From assembly GCF_009914755.1 (NCBI RefSeq), contig NC_060948.1: a stretch of DNA of 64,000 nt; one strand, 5' to 3'. The notes beneath the pieces were generated by a model. The model worked only from the letters and a program-made list of their open reading frames with translations, was not told where the DNA came from and searched no databases. Shown piece after piece: positions 56,901-64,000 of this stretch (its first letter is position 1; the number at the start of each line of letters is the position of its first letter). Position numbers and translations under genes: made by a program. The DNA is from the human T2T-CHM13v2.0 reference genome, Homo sapiens.

Positions 56901-59900
56901 CTCGAATATAATGGACTGGAATGGAATGAAATCACATGGAATGGGAACGAATGGAATGGAATGGAAAGGAATGGAATCGAATGGAAAGGAATCGAATGGA
57001 AGGGAATGAAATTGAATCAACAGGAATGGAAGGGAATAGAATAGACGGTAATGGAATGGACTCGAATAGAATGGACACGAATGCTCAAATTGAATGGACT
57101 CGAATGGAATGGAAACGAAAGGAATGTCATCGAATGGAATTGAATCGATTGGAATGAAATCGCATAGAATGGAGTGGAATCAAATGGAATTGAATCGAAA
57201 GGAAAGGAAGCGAATGGACTGAAATGAAATGGAATGGAATTGAATGGAAAGTAAAGCAATGGAATAGAATGGAACGAAATTTCACGGAATGGTATCAAAC
57301 TGAATGGAATCAAATCAATGGAATATAATCAAATGGAATGGAAAGGAATTGAATGGAGTAGATGGGATTGGATGGGATTGGAATGAAATGTACTGGAAAG
57401 GACTCAAATTTCATGAAACGGAATGGAATGAATTGGAACGGAATGGACTCGAATGGAATGGAATGTCATGGAATGGCATCAAATGGAATGGCATCAAATG
57501 GAATGGAATCGAATGCAATGGAATGCTATGGAATGGAATGGAATGCATTGGAATGGAATGTCCTCTAATGGAATGGATTCGAGTGGAATGGAATCGAATA
57601 TAATGGAGTCGAATGAAATGGAATTGAAAGGAATGGGATCGAATACAATGGAATATACTGGAATGTAACGTAATGAACTCGAATGTAATTGACTGGAATG
57701 GAATGTACATGAATGGAATGTAATCGAATGGAAAGTAATCCAATGGAATAGAATCTAATGCAATAAAATCGACTCAGATAGAGTAGAATGTAATGGAATG
57801 GAGTGCAGTGCAATGGAATGGAATGGAATGGAATGCAATGGAATGGAATGGAATGGGATGGAATGGTATGGAATGGAATGGAATGGAATGGAATGGGTTT
57901 GGAATGGTATGGAATGGATAGTAATGGACTGGAATGAAGTGGACAGGAAAGGAATGGACTCAAATTGAAAGGGCTCGAAAGGAATGGAGTCAAATGGAAT
58001 GGTCTGGAATGGAATGAACACGAATGTAATGCAATCCAATAGAATGGAATCGAATGGCATGGAATATAAAGAAATGGAATCGAAGAGAATGGAAACAAAC
58101 GGAATGGAATTGAATGGAATGGAATTGAATGGAATGGGAACGAATGGAGTGAAATTGTATGCAGTAGAAGAGAATAGAATGGAATGCAAGCGAAAGGAAA
58201 GGAATGGATTGGAATGGAATGGAATTCATTGGAATGGAAGGGAATGTAGTGTAATGGACAGGCCTGGAATAAAGTGGAATGCTACGGTCTCGAATGGAAT
58301 AAAAATGTATGGAATGGAATGCAATGAAACGGAATCGAATGTCATAGAATGTAATGGAATGCAAAAAAATGGACTCCAAAATCATTGACTGGAAAGGCTG
58401 GGTGTCGAAAGGAATTGACTCCAATGGAATGGAATCGAATGGAATGGAAGTGAATAGAATCGAACTAAATCGAATGGAATGGAAATGATAGGAACGGAAT
58501 GGAAAGGAATGAAATGATTTGGCATGGAATGGAATCGAATGGCATCGAATGGAATGGAATGGAATGCAATGCAATGGAATGTATTAGAATGTAATGAACT
58601 TTAATGGAATGTACTCGAATGGATTCGACTGGAATGGAATGTTCTGGAAGTGAATGGACTCCAATGGAATGGATTGAAAAGGAATGGAATCGTACGGAAT
58701 GGAATCTAATGGAATGGAATTAAATGGAAATGAATCAAATTGAATAGCACGGAATTGAATTGAATGGAATCGAATGCAATGGAATCTAATGAAACGGAAA
58801 GGAAAGGAATGGAATGGAATGGAATGGGCTGGAATGGAAAGGAATCGAAACGAATGGAATGGAATCGAACTGAAGAGACTGGAATGGAATGCAGTGGAAT
58901 GGAAGGGAGTGTAATGGAAGGTTCTCGAAAAAAATGGAATCGAATGGAATGGAATTGAATGGAACGGAATAGAGTCGAATGGAATTGAATGGAATGGAAT
59001 GGACTAGAGTGAAATGGAATCGAACCACAAGGAATGGACAGGAATAGAATGGTCTCGAATTGAATGGAATCGTATGGAATGGCATCAAACGGAATGGAAT
59101 GGACAGCCACGGAATGGAATGCACTCGAATGCAATGGAGTCGAAACTAATGGACTGGAATAGAATGGACTCGACTGGTACGGACTCCAATGGAATGGAAT
59201 CGAATGGAAGGGAATCGAACGGAATGGACTCGAAGGGAAAAGACTGCAATGGAAAGGTCTCGAATGGAATGGAAATTAATGGAATGGAATGGAATCGAAT
59301 GAAATGGAGTCAAAAGGAATGGAATCGAATGGCAAGAAATCGAATGTAATGGAATCGCAAGGAATTGATGTGAACGGAACGGAATGGAATGGAATCCAAA
59401 GAAATGGAATAGAATGGAATGGAATCGAATGGAAAGAACTCGAATGGAAATCACTCGAATAGAATGCAATTGAATAAAATACGATGAAATGTAATGGAAT
59501 GGAATGGAAAGGAATCGAAACGAAAGGAATGGAGACAGATGGAATGGAATGGAACAGAGAGCAATGGTATAGAATGGAATGGAATCATCTGGAATGGAAT
59601 TGAATGGAATGGAATAATATGAAATGGAATGGAATGGAATGGAATGCCCTTGCATTAAATGGACTGGAATGGAATGGACTCGAACAGAGTGGAATGGAAA
59701 GTGTTGAGATAGAATGGAATGGACTCCTTTGGAATGGTCTAGTATGCAATGTTATGGACTGGCAGGGAATCAAAAGGAATGTAATCGAATGGATTGGACT
59801 GGAATGCAATGGACTCGAATAGATTGGAAACGGAATGCAAAGGAATGGAATGGAATAGTATGGAATGGAATGGAAAGGAATGGAGTGGAATAGACTAGAG

Positions 59901-62900
59901 TGGAATGGAATGGACTCGAAAGCAATGGACTGGAATGGAACTTTCTTGAATGGACTGGAATCAAACGGAATGGAATGCAATGCAATCAAATGGCATGGAA
60001 TAAAATAGAATGAAAGAGAATCAAATGGAATTGAATCGAATGGAATCGAATGGATTGGAAAGGAATAGAATGGAATGGAATGGAATTGACTCAAATGGAA
60101 TGGACTAGAATGGAATGGATTCGAATGGAAGGCAAAGGAATGGAATCTATTGGAATGGACTGCAATGGAATGGAATGGAAGGGATTGGAATGGACTCGAA
60201 TGGAATAGACTGCAATAGAAAGGATTCGAATGGAATGAAAAAGAATTGAATGGAATAGAACAGAATGGAATCAAATCGAATGAAATGGAATGGAATAGAA
60301 AGGAATGGAATGAAATGGAATGGAAAGGATTCGAATGGAATGCAATCGAATGGAATGGAATCGAACGGAATGGAATAAAATGGAAGCAAACTGGCAAGAA
60401 ATGGAATCGAAATGAATGGAGTGTTATGGAACGGACTCCAAAGGAATTGAATGTAATAGAATGGAGTGGAGTGGACTCGAATATAATGGACTGCAATGGA
60501 ATGAAATCACATGGAATGGGAACGAATGGAATGGAATGGAAAGGAATGGAATCGAATGGAAAGGAATCGAATGGAAGGGAATGAAATTGAATCAACAGGA
60601 ATGGAAGGGAATAGAATAGACGGTAATGGAATGGACTCGAATAGAATGGACACGAATGCTCAAATTGAATGGACTCGAATGGAATGGAAACGAAAGGAAT
60701 GTCATCGAATGGAATTGAATCGATTGGAATAAAATCGCATAGAATAGAGTGGAATCAAATGGAATTGAATCGAAAGGAAAGGAAGCGAATGGACTGAAAT
60801 GAAATGGAATGGAATTGAATGGAAAGTAAAGCAATGGAATAGAATGGAACAAAATTTCACGGAATGGAATCAAACTGAATGGAATCAAATCAATGGAATC
60901 TAATCAAATGGAATGGAAAGGAATTGAATGGAGTAGATGGGATTGGATGGGATTGGAATGAAATGTACTGGAAAGGACTCGAATTTCATGAAACGGAATG
61001 GAATGAATTGGAACGGAATGGACTCGAATGGAATGGAATGTCATGGAATGGCATCAAATGGAATGGCATCAAATGGAATGGAATCGAATGCAATGGAATG
61101 CTATGGAATGGAATGGAATGCATTGGAATGGAATGTCCTCTAATGGAATGGATTCGAGTGGAATGGAATCGAATATAATGGAGTCGAATGAAATGGAATT
61201 GAAAGGAATGGGATCGAATACAATGGAATATACTGGAATGTAATGTAATGAACTCGAATGTAATTGACTGGAATGGAATGTACATGAATGGAATGTAATC
61301 GAATGGAAAGTAATCCAATGGAATAGAATCTAATGCAATAAAATCGACTCAGATAGAGTAGAATGTAATGGAATGGAGTGCAGTGCAATGGAATGGAATG
61401 GAATGGAATGGAATGGAATGGGATGGAATGGTATGGAATGGATAGTAATGGACTGGAGTGAAATGGACTGGAAAAGAATGGACTCAAATTGAAAGGGCTC
61501 GAAAGGAATGGAGTCAAATGGAATGGTCTGGAATGGAATGAACACGAATGTAATGCAATCCAATAGAATGGAATCGAATGGCATGGAATATAAAGAAATG
61601 GAATCGAAGAGAATGGAAACAAACGGAATGGAATTGAATGGAATGGAATTGAATGGAATGGGAACGAATGGAGTGAAATTGTATGCAGTAGAAGAGAATA
61701 GAATGGAATGCAAGCGAAAGGAAAGGAATGGATTGGAATGGAATGGAATTCATTGGAATGGAAGGGAATGTAGTGTAATGGACAGGCCTGGAATAAAGTG
61801 GAATGCTACGGTCTCGAATGGAATAAAAATGTATGGAATGGAATGCAATGAAACGGAATCGAATGTCATAGAATGTAATGGAATGCAAAAAAATGGACTC
61901 CAAAATCATTGACTGGAAAGGCTGGGTGTCGAAAGGAATTGACTCCAATGGAATGGAATCGAATGGAATGGAAGTGAATAGAATCGAACTAAATCGAATG
62001 GAATGGAATTGATAGGAACGGAATGGAAAGGAATGAAATGATATGGCATGGAATGGAATCGAATGGCATCGAATGGAATGGAATGGAATGCAATGCAATG
62101 GAATGTATTAGAATGTAATGAACTTTAATGGAATGTACTCGAATGGATTCGACTGGAATGGAATGTTCTGGAAGTGAATGGACTCCAATGGAATGGATTG
62201 AAAAGGAATGGAATCGTACGGAATGGAATCTAATGGAATGGAATTAAATGGAAATGAATCAAATTGAATAGCACGGAATTGAATTGAATGGAATCGAATG
62301 CAATGGAATCTAATGAAACGGAAAGGAAAGGAATGGAATGGAATGGAATGGGCTGGAATGGAAAGGAATCGAAACGAATGGAATGGAATCGAACTGAAGA
62401 GACTGGAATGGAATGCAGTGGAATGGAAGGGAGTGTAATGGAAGGTTCTCGAAAAAAATGGAATCGAATGGAATGGAATTGAATGGAACGGAATAGAGTC
62501 GAATGGAATTGAATGGAATGGAATGGACTAGAGTGAAATGGAATCGAACCACAAGGAATGGACAGGAATAGAATGGTCTCGAATTGAATGGAATCGTATG
62601 GAATGGCATCAAACGGAATGGAATGGACAGCCACGGAATGGAATGCACTCGAATGCAATGGAGTCGAAACTAATGGACTGGAATAGAATGGACTCGACTG
62701 GTACGGACTCCAATGGAATGGAATCGAATGGAAGGGAATCGAACGGAATGGACTCGAAGGGAAAAGACTGCAATGGAAAGGTCTCGAATGGAATGGAAAT
62801 TAATGGAATGGAATGGAATCGAATGAAATGGAGTCAAAAGGAATGGAATCGAATGGCAAGAAATCGAATGTAATGGAATCGCAAGGAATTGATGTGAACG

Positions 62901-64000
62901 GAACGGAATGGAATGGAATCCAAAGAAATGGAATAGAATGGAATGGAATCGAATGGAAAGAACTCGAATGGAAATCACTCGAATAGAATGCAATTGAATA
63001 AAATACGATGAAATGTAATGGAATGGAATGGAAAGGAATCGAAACGAAAGGAATGGAGACAGATGGAATGGAATGGAACAGAGAGCAATGGTATAGAATG
63101 GAATGGAATCATCTGGAATGGAATTGAATGGAATGGAATAATATGAAATGGAATGGAATGGAATGGAATGCCCTTGAATTAAATGGACTGGAATGGAATG
63201 GACTCGAACAGAGTGGAATGGAAAGTGTTGAGATAGAATGGAATGGACTCCTTTGGAATGGTCTAGTATGCAATGCAATGGACTGGCAGGGAATCAAAAG
63301 GAATGTAATCGAATGGATTGGACTGGAATGCAATGGACTCGAATAGATTGGAAACGGAATGCAAAGGAATGGAATGGAATAGTATGGAATGGAATGGAAA
63401 GGAATGGAGTGGAATAGACTAGAGTGGAATGGAATGGACTCGAAAGCAATGGACTGGAATGGAACTTTCTTGAATGGACTGGAATCAAACGGAATGGAAT
63501 GCAATGCAATCAAATGGCATGGAATAAAATAGAATGAAAGAGAATCAAATGGAATTGAATCGAATGGAATCGAATGGATTGGAAAGGAATAGAATGGAAT
63601 GGAATGGAATTGACTCAAATGGAATGGACTAGAATGGAATGGATTCGAATGGAAGGCAAAGGAATGGAATCTATTGGAATGGACTGCAATGGAATGGAAT
63701 GGAAGGGATTGGAATGGACTCGAATGGAATGGACTGCAATAGAAAGGATTCGAATGGAATGAAAAAGAATTGAATGGAATAGAACAGAATGGAATCAAAT
63801 CGAATGAAATGGAATGGAATAGAAAGGAATGGAATGAAATGGAATGGAAAGGATTCGAATGGAATGCAATCGAATGGAATGGAATCGAACGGAATGGAAT
63901 AAAATGGAAGCAAACTGGCAAGAAATGGAATCGAAATGAATGGAGTGTTATGGAACGGACTCCAAAGGAATTGAATGTAATAGAATGGAGTGGAGTGGAC

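Larger units (their letters stand above)
1..64000 (+). repeat. Human satellite III (HSat3), diverged (GGAAT)n/(CATTC)n tandem array
   Basis: Continuous GGAAT pentamers with common variants (CGAAT, GGACT, GCAAT, GAAAT, TGAAT, AGAAT, GTAAT) over the whole window. The purine-rich strand is always +, and no unique sequence interrupts the array. Confidence 0.99.
3680..64000 (+). repeat. DYZ1: DYZ1 (Y-specific HSat3, ~3.56-kb unit) tandem array: 16 complete HaeIII-to-HaeIII monomers plus two partial ones
   Basis: AGGCCT occurs once per unit, at 4936, 8464, 12008, 15577, 19106, 22680, 26209, 29783, 33357, 36886, 40464, 43998, 47577, 51111, 54685, 58260 and 61784. Spacings are 3528, 3544, 3569, 3529, 3574, 3529, 3574, 3574, 3529, 3578, 3534, 3579, 3534, 3574, 3575 and 3524. 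GAATTC lies 38 bp upstream of AGGCCT (e.g. 4898). The minus strand from the HaeIII cut reads CCTGTCCATTACACTACATTCC, which matches my recollection of the start of the classical 3,564-bp DYZ1 HaeIII fragment. Confidence 0.95.

Noticed and set aside
128-63921. Hundreds of ORFs of 60-424 aa (MEWNG-type on +, FHSIP-type on -), including 1306..2580 (424 aa) and the recurring 270/336-aa ORFs
   Set aside because: Pure GGAAT/ATTCC repeats contain no stop codon in any frame, so long ORFs are expected. The products are low-complexity, have no recognisable domain, and open or close with single-base variants between units.
3680-64000. CRISPR-like or other prokaryotic repeat-spacer system
   Set aside because: There are no unique spacers, no constant 25-45 bp repeat and no cas or other genes; the periodicities are 5 bp and kilobases.
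1-64000. DYZ2 (AT-rich plus Alu), Alu/L1 insertions or a large inversion
   Set aside because: No AT-rich block, Alu sequence or poly(A) tail was seen, and there is no switch to the CATTC strand beyond isolated pentamers.
1-64000. HSat2 or chr9/acrocentric HSat3 assignment
   Set aside because: The minus strand lacks the regular CATTCGATTC/GATGAT-type cadence of HSat2 (its complement ATCATC is rare), and the ~3.55-kb HaeIII/EcoRI unit plus DYZ1-specific sequence point to Yq12.

Overview
The whole 64 kb is (GGAAT)n human satellite III (HSat3) in one orientation, purine-rich strand on +. I found no genes, RNA genes, transposons or CRISPR; all listed ORFs are translations of the pentamer. From ~3.68 kb to the end it is a head-to-tail array of ~3.52-3.58 kb units, each with one AGGCCT (HaeIII/StuI) and one GAATTC (EcoRI), which identifies it as Y-chromosome DYZ1 (Yq12 heterochromatin). 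Bases 1-3679 belong to a related 2,764-bp unit in which ~1.4 kb of DYZ1 is replaced by a ~0.64 kb GGAGT-rich segment, so the window probably spans the 2.7-kb-repeat/DYZ1 transition. The junction carries a ~360-bp staggered duplication. Within DYZ1 there are edge monomers with private variants (3.7-16 kb), a ~7.1-kb two-monomer higher-order repeat (16-54 kb) with one recently duplicated monomer and mosaic exchange tracts, and a third variant family (55-64 kb). The most interesting functional signal is three perfect heat-shock elements (nGAAnnTTCnnGAAn) per DYZ1 unit, 51 in the window, versus none in the 2.7-kb unit. All comparisons were made by eye, not computed.
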